Positions 20,001 through 27,184 of a stretch of DNA of 64,000 nucleotides are shown in pieces. The notes beneath the pieces are model-generated. The model saw nothing but the letters and a program-made list of their open reading frames with translations, did not search any database and had not been told where the DNA came from. Numbering within the stretch: the first letter of the stretch is position 1; every line of letters begins with the position of its first letter. The stretch comes from a virus. Location: positions 32,001-96,000 of the IMG/VR virus record IMGVR_UViG_3300045684_000050; one strand, written 5' to 3'. Position numbers and translations under genes: made by a program.

Positions 20001-20920
20001 TGTTCGCTAGAATTTCTTAATTGTTCCATGAACCTTTCCATCCCATCACTAAATCCATCAAGATCAGCAATGCCACTATTCGTTACATCTTCATTAGTCT
20101 TAGCTTGTAATATCTTATTTGCTACTTCTCTCTCCTTCCCGTTAAGTTGTTCAGCACTATATTGTAGCTGCATATTCATCATATCAGAATAATCCTCAAG
20201 GTAATTCTTAGACTGAAAATATATCTCTTTGCTATCATTATCAGTAACCAAATTTCTCTTTTGGTTTTCTAACTTCTCCTTTGTCTTATAATAAGCATCG
20301 GCAACACTAATCACAGGAAGATTTGCTCCTCTGACAATGGCAGCATGTTCATCCTGCTTCTTGTTTAAGTTTTCTCTCCTTGACCTTACTCCTTTCTCTA
20401 TATTCTCATCCTGAGAACCTAGAGTTACAAATGGATTCCTACTCTGAGTAGCCAACTCTGTCTTTTTTCTTGCTACTTCATTAGCGATATCAGCTTCTTC
20501 TGAATCCCTCTTTATAGGTGATGCTTCTTCTTCTGACTTTATCTTTCGATGCTGATCTACAAGATTGTCAACATCTGGATCCGCAAATGTGATTCCTTTT
20601 ACCGTATACTTATTAGGTATTTTTACACCTAACTCTCTAGCTATACTCTCTACCATATAGATCGATGGAGTATCACCCTCTTTTTCTTTTAATATTCCTG
20701 CAATAAAAGAACCAGGATCATTAATATTATTCTTATATACCCTGGATACCGCACCTGTAGTTATCTCTTGACCTTGATCTTCAAGATATCCTTTTATATA
20801 TCTGATAAACCCTCTACTTACTTCTGCAGTTAACTTAGGTGATGCTTCTGGAGGAGTATCATTACCTTCTAAATCTTGAACGGTTGTCTGTGCTGCTTCT
20901 TGTAATTCTTCTTCTTCCAT
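8051..20920 (-). CDS. Giant 4289-aa virion cargo / polyvalent protein (ParB-like and zincin metallopeptidase domains)
   Basis: ddrB-like ParB signature (ASHD..F..RNY..EPIVVTGDGIVISGNNRTM), HEAVH zincin motif with downstream EFFAE, hydrophobic C-terminal region; position of crAss-like ejected giant proteins. Confidence 0.8.
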   Translation of the reverse strand: MEEEELQEAAQTTVQDLEGNDTPPEASPKLTAEVSRGFIRYIKGYLEDQGQEITTGAVSRVYKNNINDPGSFIAGILKEKEGDTPSIYMVESIARELGVKIPNKYTVKGITFADPDVDNLVDQHRKIKSEEEASPIKRDSEEADIANEVARKKTELATQSRNPFVTLGSQDENIEKGVRSRRENLNKKQDEHAAIVRGANLPVISVADAYYKTKEKLENQKRNLVTDNDSKEIYFQSKNYLEDYSDMMNMQLQYSAEQLNGKEREVANKILQAKTNEDVTNSGIADLDGFSDGMERFMEQLRNSSEQSKEIRKGFSVTSGFGTKGVEEGDRVDEAVGAAQQDIQADRDEDQSLFNISDIPSLLNPIQNLMPSQKPSVVGTVRNSLKQSYLDFWESLPSLVSGDPNKELLEAANKEPGFGPAKKRLFNQLSNQDFLKQVKKLEETTVRSDYSAPLWEKTVNIDGHVVAVDDSGEFTRIIRPDGKTAVNMTDEEKAAVDKYNINKGSYTPELSIGASQVKSAAYNTFNTVVQMAPMLAAGAATGGAGLVGTLFVQTYGTAYQEELARSGDAGKAALYGSITAGIESGGTLIGGFEKGVINAARGTAFKNAGKRAAEDAIKSPLEFNFNKSLFKGIKKEIVGEEAEEISVLYSQAMANSLFGAESNVTINDFVTTLVTTPLATAPIAAVSNYNTLKNEYGKMVVQAAHNYERFSETLGQMIADGQITEEEAIKKAEMVVQAKNRLNYISEKQKETNVNLTKSQQAELEDIVYRETSQTVRGKDVKGLFDKRVDAIFANAEVVKENVVDTSQSRAEEDIKAPPIPPKVTANDLRAQAAKENLIDEDPEEVIDNPDEPLRPMTNTDKVLTDYIKEEKAAEGKVQVIDVDGEGNPTTQDVTYDAGKEIRKLEYLAEIGELTEDDITNSRLFQGASPEQSAAIIENFNNTTSQKFVNKLRDIYDFGQIADTNARTVVPPVDENLQDEEIRKRKKFTRIPDDSVYNAFDLDNQDLKGDKEVEVLTTDGQPAILRLTEGGRLEVEQNNTIRELGNINDQVDVSLSELGVSPVTAINITSDGSFNINGEKYTAPDIVDAITYDDQGNVTSVVLQKSTLTGEYGNDAAINTEEVEFTGKEANDIAFLIQKDLLNNDPNIQSDLEQLEQSEQLITKAEQAITREADANSPQVDGVQKAEQGVVSGFTEGGKARTIRGIRSSGQPNTRRGTEQQTPTRSTRPEDRNNESGGKPEFYTSNGGKNYRWDVDAGRYRRYNPSTGRNGAILSAAESRRIENEVEAKRVDNTNLSKKKSVIFNTTSIDISEEIDDVSLEVDAATIKNWKKNHPELYAQVEPYIPFILRGSIKVNVYSNNGDYVSEVANVLQGKEKAPEGQNALFSRNPQGLSVIAKLDAKDITGDDSITSISLTDNVAGSSGQIVLVGTQDALNLSNNNINAENVFVPFEETGVIEFSGNPIERITKHFINAAKNAAGSVGVFENDNSQFTSVRDIAVNKSESSNPKYVGTLLEDAKGSMMNIVNQGKQLYLRQNSDATNAVLNSINEYFRTGDEGALVDPELKELVDNFVSQVRDYPEGVSQTNLNHPVSVGAFGVAIVPEGTDVEVENRLRAQGVRIVRSSVDAEPFMSLAGNVDYTNDPVTVVGNEVFVDGSNISSVDLKAGMLRAFNNSSKDIFVAGLFTELKKSPYIIENYPEFEIEEELQDDQDFEEYGREDIPDDGTTGQASEAVIGSYTNARKVEGKSRPIILPSGERLNAKYVLVDASNIFASHDENTFGQTEGFPTNEDGTTVNSRNYESNEDAKAAVVTFASRFDERALDEPIVVTGDGIVISGNNRTMSRKLAATNGTDGLYVSALPDYSEGLGFNKKEFDAAMEAFDTPVLVRELTDEAAYTKAQFHKFNASAIKSESIEEKSQRIKSQLSAKIISSIAQSVSEYDVLSEYYAVTSNVNEFKKILLKSEIINNNEAPLYFATEGKSTRLTDLGKDLLKVTIMSATIDNDLLSLARKDGLKSVFNAISYAGADLLVNSGLKGFSIIDDINGAIRLLNDYTNGSKGLSGIAGLVNQLSLFSGSGYTTNSILAAYYITRGERAFKDYVKSFNKSAEDNSGADMFGQSLGKADILTGKTNLFVDSLDPSKDAADINVLKTLIEKGFSNDNDIFYSLNDSINQVAVDIALGEINENIDAEIMENGINPVQYNSAVNTLKSGIDKRLTDIFKGAMRRALSSLGVENPSDFIRNTNTNVYRAYVSLVSGNLLPNSTKKNEILDNISDLLEGGLLKADITKVWDAYAADFLNNDISFGDLSNRYSQAGVENITDSNYTLDAIEQMDLPDAVANPYQYYLSMNVDGNVARLAADYYDLFPSEFNKTKGALMLANAVAFPESGKFDAMELYPFTREEMRDIQKNYGITSPDSIVNAYYMHVLNRKPNDGFAGVDEFMRDVLELAVSNNVPLASQYKKLVSELNVQDPDALLNVGDVYELREIGYEGIFTVDGIEYDNGVRNYILKAADGTVISMSDTDLDSVNVEEVSVSVGTDIQDAISKAKIVLSKVSPGTKFVVSNTIGLHSKYGVNVKGVYDPITDTIYINSEVSTSKDVVHEAVHAIAVKTFLSSSDRIVELHNIISSVLNNGNAFEKDLALKVETFVSQYTKAQGNRPLDIVRANEFFAELVGLLSTVSGRISKPKTQQIIDGIKAWFNELIGRDVDIEVDTINDLINVVNGIADSFSKGEVFRIEDYRGGADLFNRQTQPFFARFNRNRHFKVGDKVTIWIKNFQGEREYASGNVRHIYQVDGGRYVVRIGNTSFFADILRKDANGKFYIKQFEGSLRDRGLLKEQQDYLNERVDRFKDEATFDVFYEAFKPEFDRRGIKEEFVRQAYTRESAKSSIQRSADFVSDPEVNRTMRRLFTKLGPELRDAQLDDLNDIQSYRRTTEELFAAVDSMLVGIGNDQASLSNFVNELKAFRRGDFDLRDLDIYVLTLDHLLNKQLALSAAPFGVEVDGIQEEINITRAEITQVTSAFPAIGHAARNLESATMGKEFINISNRMSGVDFKEAEKVTMDKDGMTLAEFSKFISGEVAKNADSETKDLLSNQEIINAASRLNNLSQDQRELVDRMLKLFGEKRTSRTDTNIDNNPFFSKLNIKNKEEVKGTIGVIFEDPQISADAALDAVKNFLLELDYIDDIGAFFKDNLDIVKYIDNQYANKVVAEFTTRLGKIDSTLRNTLRNEFKKLHTGKFLKSALPEDFIISNDSVKALTDLFLNRENALQVLQKSLSNIEAHLNAQTTSEGLAKYREQFSQVKSLIDALSLDQNFVNASRSKIMSAITYGISKLSPEQLKAAGIDIPYGTKPQNYSNIAMGAIMRKSVKQGNLSVRMLTDSLIRDMDLSVADATALAEVLNGTYHKVIGEKRIKLVNRLLKSSVRSNRQRATIEERMRDIIRIGDMTDAGIVARFAEKFGLRELTEEEVERAADLTKIIEEDVNPRNREAASRELHTIMREAKESKQQRYMKILTGVRFINLLSGQNTVLKAVAASGILVLVEAAFVALPQLALRGQIGNFLKYQKNNKELFRATATKLFFDAFKRGAPGVSYEEIPDQGYSSIDVILNHGMDLIFGQRGPDAKTRKELISNHLQKFSGKTKLGKAESILNGLFGTAIFLPGIMVRSLQAIDVFLNTFAVEPLTFIEAHDQVMKKYDYDFKRGNAEFFNEMETALGVGGEYTKDLNDKINAIIKEDPNLSKGELATIKKSLVLENREKAYQASVDKLGKDNVAARSVRKEAHDRALTTSVLNSQVNGLFSGGIAYALTATTRGANKGSTVAAIADQLLRITFAPIVRTVGNGIYLGYNWSPLALIQAGLTEFTNIDRLSFDISSGKVLINNVSLEDLKRVPGFSFSSLWRKNDEAGLLIKDNRKSKADRESFRIRAGVGTGMALGLIAMAFDWEEDEDGNLKPVKNKYWWDMVSITSEGYRDYTTNRNRLGNDFRENTISIGGFHLNWTETPLSAPLGMIGVIGDKIDTGQEVSPGIVAQTFAMGALKHIYGEGFEIGIDAAIDMVDSYTAIKQADGNILRAENDNEKRRYQNDKEFAKNRLASKMGGLLNAQTFSSFYRQGFTQYKEFAGTPRQNLYGEDFNETFMNAFLRNVPLFEKDDDSRHDILGNEIPTTFDTYFFPDAFADRMGQYMNEAEKNPAYKIIHGKDIDSYELYKYRSQAQLKVNTSDYYLETAAKRDAQKIWSDIFNEYVSEDIKSLERIKDPEERQEEVFRLARKVKNDSRYLDFLRANRVAKKKK

Positions 20921-20923
20921 TAT

Positions 20924-23581
20924 TTATTGGATTCCAGTTTTTTTATTAATACTATCGAAAAAATCTATATCTGATACAGGATCAGACGCTAACACAGGAC
21001 CAACATTAGATGTTGTATTACCACTAACTAATTGATCATAATAAACCAAAGCATTCTCAATCAATGGATTAGTTTTTTTAGGGAGCCCATCACTTTTTCT
21101 AGCACTACCATGCCATTTCTTTTTACTCAATCCTTTATTTAAATCAAATCCATCTAAAAATGTAGTCTCATCTCCGACACCTGACTTTGGTAACTTTTTA
21201 CCAGGTGCCTTAACAGTAGTTTCATATTGACCTAGAACCCTTTGCATCACATCTTCTTTTGTAATACCGTTCTCTATCATTTTAACTGCAAGCAATTTAG
21301 CACCTGCATCTAATTGTGCATCAGTCCACGTTTCATATGTACCTCTTTTAGGATCTATCTGTAAAGCCTCAAACTCTATTCCAAGGAAATTTGCATTGAT
21401 ATCATTACTACCTTTATATTTAGCTAAATGTTTTCCTTTTCCACCTCCATGATGTGCAACTAAATCATCATTAACTAACTGTATTATATTTCCAGACTTT
21501 GTAACTAAGTAATGGGCAGAAGTGCTGCTGTCTTTTGTAAATGTATCTAATGCACTGGCACTACTTGATCCGGTCTCATGAATCATTATACCATATTTCT
21601 TAGTGCTTAAATCTGGATTAATAACTTTACCTCCAGAACTTCTTCCTAAATTAGTTTTAGGAACACTATCAGCATAACTATTTATTGTTATAAAGTCACT
21701 AGGAATACTAACATCTTTCGTAGAATTATATAACTCTAAAATGCGATTCCTTTCATTAAAAAACCTCTGCTCTACATGTGGATGCTTTCTAATTACACTG
21801 TTATATGCCTTTACTTTTTGATTAGCAAAATCTACAGCAAATTCTCCACTGTTAGTATACGTCTTTTTAGGTAAACCTTCTAAAGCTTTTTTAAATGATA
21901 CAGGACCCTGATTGTAAGAACCAAACAGAATATCACCAATTACAGGAGACATAACAGATCCTAAATTAACCCCTAAATCATTCAAAACAGTCTCAACTTT
22001 TGGGACTACTTTATTTACAACAAAATCATCTTGTAATCTAGCAAATCCTCCAAAATTTGCATCCGTTGAATCATTGAACCACTTATCTATATCATCGTCA
22101 TGTCCTGATATAGGTCTTCCGTATCCATTCTCTTCAGCATAATTAATAAATTCGTCTAACTTGCCACTCTCCCTATTAAATTGATATAACCCCCAGGAGT
22201 CCTCTTGCTCACCTGTATCCGGATTTATTATTTGACTTCTCATCGCTGGGTTTAAAACAGATCCACTTTCTGCACCTATTGTAATTGGAAATGTTAAATC
22301 ATCAATAGTGAAAGTATTACCACTTCTATTCTCAATAACTTCACCTGTACCAGTACTTGATGTTGCTAATTGGTTATTTGCTTTTTTTTTATTATTACTA
22401 TTGCTAAAGGTAGTAGCTCCTAATTCTTCCTCAATAACCTGATCTATTGCATCTCCATTGGCTCCTGCACCAGCCTTCTTAAATGGAATAAATATTCTGG
22501 TCGTCTTGTCAGGATCAGAACCATATTCTAATTCTATCCCTCCATCTACATCTCTAATTTTCTTGAAATTAGCCTTCGCATAACCAAATACATCATTTTG
22601 GAAATTAGTGAAATCTACATTAGGATATAACCTAGAAAATGCATCTGTCTGAACCAATGCCCTTTTCTCTCCTTCTGTTAAGTTCTCTCCACTTCTACCT
22701 CTACTGTTATTCCTACTGGCTAAATCAGCTTCAGCTTGAGTAGTAGTAACTCTCCTAGATGCATAATTATCAATAACTTCATTCAGGTAATTATTAATTA
22801 CCGTTTTATCATTAGGATCTCCATACTCAGAATTAGTAGCTATCAACGCTTTTAAATTGTTGTTGAATGCAGGACTATTTCTTAATTGATCAGTAAACCG
22901 AGATACAATGCCTTTTACTTGTTCACTATTTAGATTGACTCCAGTAGTCTCATCAACAAAAACATATCCATTTGGCCCCTGCCTAATATCTAGTCCTAAT
23001 TGCTCAACAAAACTATTCAATCTGTCTCCTACTACCTGATCTACATCCATGCTCTGGAATGGAGCCGTAGATAATGATAGATCTCCTCTTTCCTTCTTGG
23101 TAGTATTGTAATAATTTAAAAGCTCTCCCCTAGCTAATGTAGCCAATCCACTATTTACACCCTGCAAATCAGATATATGAGTCTTTAATTCATCAGCCTT
23201 TTGTTGATCATTAATTACATCAATAAAATCTGCATCTTTTAACATGCCTTGGACACCTTTTTGGATAAAAGAAACCTTTGCAGGATTACTCAAATCCTCA
23301 ATACCTAATGATATGTCATCCTCATGGACACCATATTTTTTCTTCAAATCATTAATTACTGATCTCTGATGATCATTGTCAAGTCTTAATCCCAATACAG
23401 TATCAAAACTTTCAGCAACAGTAGAGAAACCTTCCTCTATCTGATTTAATGTTAACTCTCTGGAATTGGAAATACGATCACTGAAATTTAATAACTGATC
23501 TACCGGTATTACCGTATTCGATTGTCCAGGTACATATTGTCTTTGTCCTGCACCAAAACTTTTAAAGACGTCGTAGGGCAT
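20924..23581 (-). CDS. Virion cargo protein with lysozyme-like domain and C-terminal N-acetylmuramoyl-L-alanine amidase (Amidase_2)
   Basis: IMIHETG...SAHYLV...G.IIQLV.DD.VAHHGG...N.N.LGIEFE; central AESG...SWGLYQF. Confidence 0.8.
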   Translation of the reverse strand: MPYDVFKSFGAGQRQYVPGQSNTVIPVDQLLNFSDRISNSRELTLNQIEEGFSTVAESFDTVLGLRLDNDHQRSVINDLKKKYGVHEDDISLGIEDLSNPAKVSFIQKGVQGMLKDADFIDVINDQQKADELKTHISDLQGVNSGLATLARGELLNYYNTTKKERGDLSLSTAPFQSMDVDQVVGDRLNSFVEQLGLDIRQGPNGYVFVDETTGVNLNSEQVKGIVSRFTDQLRNSPAFNNNLKALIATNSEYGDPNDKTVINNYLNEVIDNYASRRVTTTQAEADLASRNNSRGRSGENLTEGEKRALVQTDAFSRLYPNVDFTNFQNDVFGYAKANFKKIRDVDGGIELEYGSDPDKTTRIFIPFKKAGAGANGDAIDQVIEEELGATTFSNSNNKKKANNQLATSSTGTGEVIENRSGNTFTIDDLTFPITIGAESGSVLNPAMRSQIINPDTGEQEDSWGLYQFNRESGKLDEFINYAEENGYGRPISGHDDDIDKWFNDSTDANFGGFARLQDDFVVNKVVPKVETVLNDLGVNLGSVMSPVIGDILFGSYNQGPVSFKKALEGLPKKTYTNSGEFAVDFANQKVKAYNSVIRKHPHVEQRFFNERNRILELYNSTKDVSIPSDFITINSYADSVPKTNLGRSSGGKVINPDLSTKKYGIMIHETGSSSASALDTFTKDSSTSAHYLVTKSGNIIQLVNDDLVAHHGGGKGKHLAKYKGSNDINANFLGIEFEALQIDPKRGTYETWTDAQLDAGAKLLAVKMIENGITKEDVMQRVLGQYETTVKAPGKKLPKSGVGDETTFLDGFDLNKGLSKKKWHGSARKSDGLPKKTNPLIENALVYYDQLVSGNTTSNVGPVLASDPVSDIDFFDSINKKTGIQ

Positions 23582-23583
23582 CG

Positions 23584-25491
23584 TTATCTTTTTAGGTTGT
23601 TTAACTTGTCTGTATATTGCTGTGCAGCATCTTTGAATTGCTTTAACCTTCTTAAAGCTAAATCTCTGTCAGCAGCAGTTTGAGCATTAATAACATCAAG
23701 TGTTAATCGCTGAGAAGATATATTGGAAAGATTTTGACCTACTTCTGAATCTATCTGCCTAGATACTAAATCTTCATTTAATAATCTCTGATTCTTACTA
23801 TTTATATAATTTCCTAAAATCTGAGATCCTTGAGCTATTTTCTGATTTACTTCTTTTCTGCTTTGTTCGTCAGCAGCAGCTAATTGGCCTTGATTGAAAT
23901 CATTGACATTAGCTAGCTCATTATATTTTGCCTGCTCTTGTTGTCTATTGAAAATCGCTAGATTTTCCCTGGTGCCTGCAGACCTATTTAACAATCTAGA
24001 AAATAAAATAGGAGCTACTGATGCAGCTACACCTTCAGCCCCCTGAAAACTCTTTACTATATTTTCTCCTTGGCCTAATATAGCATCAGATTGAGCACTT
24101 ATTTGCTGAGGAGTAAAACCCCTAAATCTTTCTTCAATAAATTCAGGTCTTCTAAGTCTTACCTTTGGAGTTGTACTCTGAGCACCTAAAGCTACAGTGC
24201 TACCTACCAATGATATCAAATCATTAGATCCTAGCATGCTAAATATATCTCTATTTTGTTGTTGCCTTTGCTCTCCATTAACAACCACAGCCTGAGCATC
24301 TTGATCTAAGATATCATTTGATCTCTCAAGCAAATTATCTAATCCACTGCCTGACAAACCTAGTGAATCTAATATATCATTTATATTCCCGGATCCAGCA
24401 CTGGCAGCAGCTGTAGAATTCCCTTCTCTTTGAATTAGAGGTGCCATCTGAGTTATAGTATCTGCTCCTTGATCAGAAGTAAAAGAACCATTAGATTGAC
24501 TTGTCAATTCATTAAGTAAATTTGGATCACCTAATACTTGCAATAAATTATTCCTGATAAATAAATCATTTAATGGCAATCCACCTAACAAATATTGACC
24601 TATTGGGGTTATATCCTGATAATCTAATTCTATATCACCTTTAGCCTGTTCATTCGAAGCTAATAATGCTTGAATAGGAAGTCTCCTGCCCCTAATGTTC
24701 TCTTTGTTTGTAACATCATCAAGATAACTAAGACCTCTTTTTTGGTCCTTTACCTTAAATTTCCTTCTTATTGTCTTTCCTGCATCAGCAATAGTCTCGT
24801 CACTCTCATTAACATAATCACTTAGCTCTATAGGCTCAGCCTTATAATTGCCTTTCCCTTCTTCATATACAGGAGTAGAATAACCTATAGTTCTATCACG
24901 ATTCTTTTGTGAAAGTTTAAGTTTATTGGAAAGTATATAATCGCCTGCAGATGCAAAATCAGTAACCTTGTTTTTTGACATATCACTATGCATTTCATCT
25001 GAATGCACATCAACTAAACTACCATCCTCCCTGACCATTATTTCATTGTATTCAGCCTGAATAGGAGCAATAATGCCAGATAATTCATCGCCAGGAGCAA
25101 GATTCTCTACATCAATATATCCTCCCTTTCCAAATAATCCAGATCCATCACCTATAGATCTTGAATACAACCTATTTCTTGTCTCGATCCTGTCTCTCTC
25201 CATGTTATTATTCTCCTGTAACCCTCCAGTGATACCACCTAATATGGAGCCTAACAATCCCCCACCTAATCCACCAAGCAATCCAAACTGACCTAAACCT
25301 AATCCACCAAACTGCAAAGCACCTCCAACAGCACCAGCTTCAGAAGTAGCATTGTCGCCTACATTTGTATTTAAAATTGCTTGCCCGGTAATCTGACCAA
25401 TAGATGAAGTACTATTCCTTAACCCATCTAAAAACTTTCGCAATCTTTTTCGTTCAAGATCCTGAACATTTCCAACGATATCCTTTGGCAT
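23584..25491 (-). CDS. crAss-like cargo/ejection protein (C1-like)
   Basis: Gly-rich hydrophobic N-terminal hairpin, FGKGG, AEYNEI...H.D......DYILSNKLK segment, helical C-terminus; synteny. Confidence 0.55.
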   Translation of the reverse strand: MPKDIVGNVQDLERKRLRKFLDGLRNSTSSIGQITGQAILNTNVGDNATSEAGAVGGALQFGGLGLGQFGLLGGLGGGLLGSILGGITGGLQENNNMERDRIETRNRLYSRSIGDGSGLFGKGGYIDVENLAPGDELSGIIAPIQAEYNEIMVREDGSLVDVHSDEMHSDMSKNKVTDFASAGDYILSNKLKLSQKNRDRTIGYSTPVYEEGKGNYKAEPIELSDYVNESDETIADAGKTIRRKFKVKDQKRGLSYLDDVTNKENIRGRRLPIQALLASNEQAKGDIELDYQDITPIGQYLLGGLPLNDLFIRNNLLQVLGDPNLLNELTSQSNGSFTSDQGADTITQMAPLIQREGNSTAAASAGSGNINDILDSLGLSGSGLDNLLERSNDILDQDAQAVVVNGEQRQQQNRDIFSMLGSNDLISLVGSTVALGAQSTTPKVRLRRPEFIEERFRGFTPQQISAQSDAILGQGENIVKSFQGAEGVAASVAPILFSRLLNRSAGTRENLAIFNRQQEQAKYNELANVNDFNQGQLAAADEQSRKEVNQKIAQGSQILGNYINSKNQRLLNEDLVSRQIDSEVGQNLSNISSQRLTLDVINAQTAADRDLALRRLKQFKDAAQQYTDKLNNLKR

Positions 25492-25574
25492 ATAATAAAT
25501 TATTTTATAAAATAATTAAAATATTAAAACCTAAAGGTAGTCATTTTTAACCAAAAGTGAAAGGGTAACTTTTG

Positions 25575-26591
25575 TTATGATAGGCCAGTAAAAAGATGAT
25601 CGTCATAGATTTTCAGCCAATCCGGATAATTATGAGCACTACTCGATAGGAAGTTGTTATTTACATGGCCTCGTCTCATGAATGTTCCTAAAGCCATAGT
25701 TAGTTCATCGTAAGGTACATGGTATAAATCTCTCTCTGCAATGTTATGGGCATCGACCCATTCTTCCTTGTGTACTACAAATAAATTTCTATAGGTATTA
25801 TCCTTGAATATCCTATACATATGAGTATACATCTCTTTCAAAGCATAAGCAGTAACAGCACTAATAAAACTCTCTATTTGAGGAATCATTACAGTTCCAT
25901 CTTTATCCTTAGATTTACCTAGATAACTCAACAGAACTAATCCTTCTTTAAAATTAGTTTTAATTTTACCATTATAGATTTCGTATTCATAATCAGTACC
26001 TAAAGAATCATATAATCTAAGATTAAGACATTCATTAATATGAGAATCCTTCATATTGAAAAAAGGTGCCCTATTTGGTCTCATAAGGAAAAACCTCCGA
26101 TCATAAGGACTACACTTCTCTTTCTTTTCATTCTCCGAATATCCCCGGACATGTCTTGTTAACCAGTACTCTGTTCCTGAAGCTAACTCGTGCTGAAGAT
26201 GTTTAGACGCTAATACTACAGGATGATCACAATCATCTTTATCACATTTATCACAATTCTTAAATACTGTATATGTACAACCTTCAGTAGCTTTCTTCAT
26301 CCAACCCTGGATCTCTTTTCTCCAATGCATATGCCTTAACTTTTGATCAGTAGACCCACAAACCATAACAACACTATTGAATCCATCCGGAAGCTTTCCT
26401 TCCTTATTGTCAATATGAACAACAGTCACCATATGTTCCATCCATGACTTAGGCACCATTCGACTTACATAACCATCACAGACAGACTTTAAGAACATCT
26501 TTAAATTAGATACATACATCCTGTCATCTTCAGGAATTCGCATCATAATCTCAGCCAATATGCTGTCTAATGTAATTAACTTGTAGTCCAT
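25575..26591 (-). CDS. Tail ring/tubular protein (crAss-like)
   Basis: ITLDSILAEI start, YEIYNGKIKTNFKEG.V.LSY..., position after the IHF-like gene. Confidence 0.6.
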   Translation of the reverse strand: MDYKLITLDSILAEIMMRIPEDDRMYVSNLKMFLKSVCDGYVSRMVPKSWMEHMVTVVHIDNKEGKLPDGFNSVVMVCGSTDQKLRHMHWRKEIQGWMKKATEGCTYTVFKNCDKCDKDDCDHPVVLASKHLQHELASGTEYWLTRHVRGYSENEKKEKCSPYDRRFFLMRPNRAPFFNMKDSHINECLNLRLYDSLGTDYEYEIYNGKIKTNFKEGLVLLSYLGKSKDKDGTVMIPQIESFISAVTAYALKEMYTHMYRIFKDNTYRNLFVVHKEEWVDAHNIAERDLYHVPYDELTMALGTFMRRGHVNNNFLSSSAHNYPDWLKIYDDHLFTGLS

Positions 26592-26593
26592 GG

Positions 26594-27184
26594 CTAACTT
26601 TCTTCTAGTGCTTCAAAATCTTTAATGTATTTGTTCTTTATTTTTTCCTCTATGATATTTATCAACTTACGGTACCCTTTAGCTTCCTTATAACCCCTTG
26701 AAAAAGAAGAATGATAATTAGTATTATACATCCTATTAAATCCAGACTTTCTATGCTCTAAGAACATATTATATGTCCTGAAAAAAGAATCTAATGCTAG
26801 AACTGTTTTATTAACAAATACACCTTTCTTTTCGTCAAACATTTTTCCTCTAGCCCTTTTAAACCTTCGCTTTAATTTGCGAACAACAAACTTACCCCAT
26901 CCTGCAGGTAGATCTAAAAACTTATAAGACTCAGCCATCTCCTCCCAAAAATAAAACCCAATTCGCATTAATATCTTCTTATATAATCGAAATGATTTTA
27001 TCGCATTATTCCCATCCATATAACCTATATACCAGTAATAAAAACTTTTTAAAGGAACCCACCTTACAGCATATTTATCAATGGTGCCTTTGGATATTGC
27101 TTCCACCACCATTTTCTCAAACTTAATATGCGTCTCTAAGTCCGTCGTATTTTTATTATATTGATATAGTAAATCTAATGGCAT
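26594..27184 (-). CDS. crAss-like IHF/HU-related protein
   Basis: YKKIL......E.......LDLPAGWGKFVVRK basic motif; between two ring genes as in crAss-like phages. Confidence 0.55.
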   Translation of the reverse strand: MPLDLLYQYNKNTTDLETHIKFEKMVVEAISKGTIDKYAVRWVPLKSFYYWYIGYMDGNNAIKSFRLYKKILMRIGFYFWEEMAESYKFLDLPAGWGKFVVRKLKRRFKRARGKMFDEKKGVFVNKTVLALDSFFRTYNMFLEHRKSGFNRMYNTNYHSSFSRGYKEAKGYRKLINIIEEKIKNKYIKDFEALEES

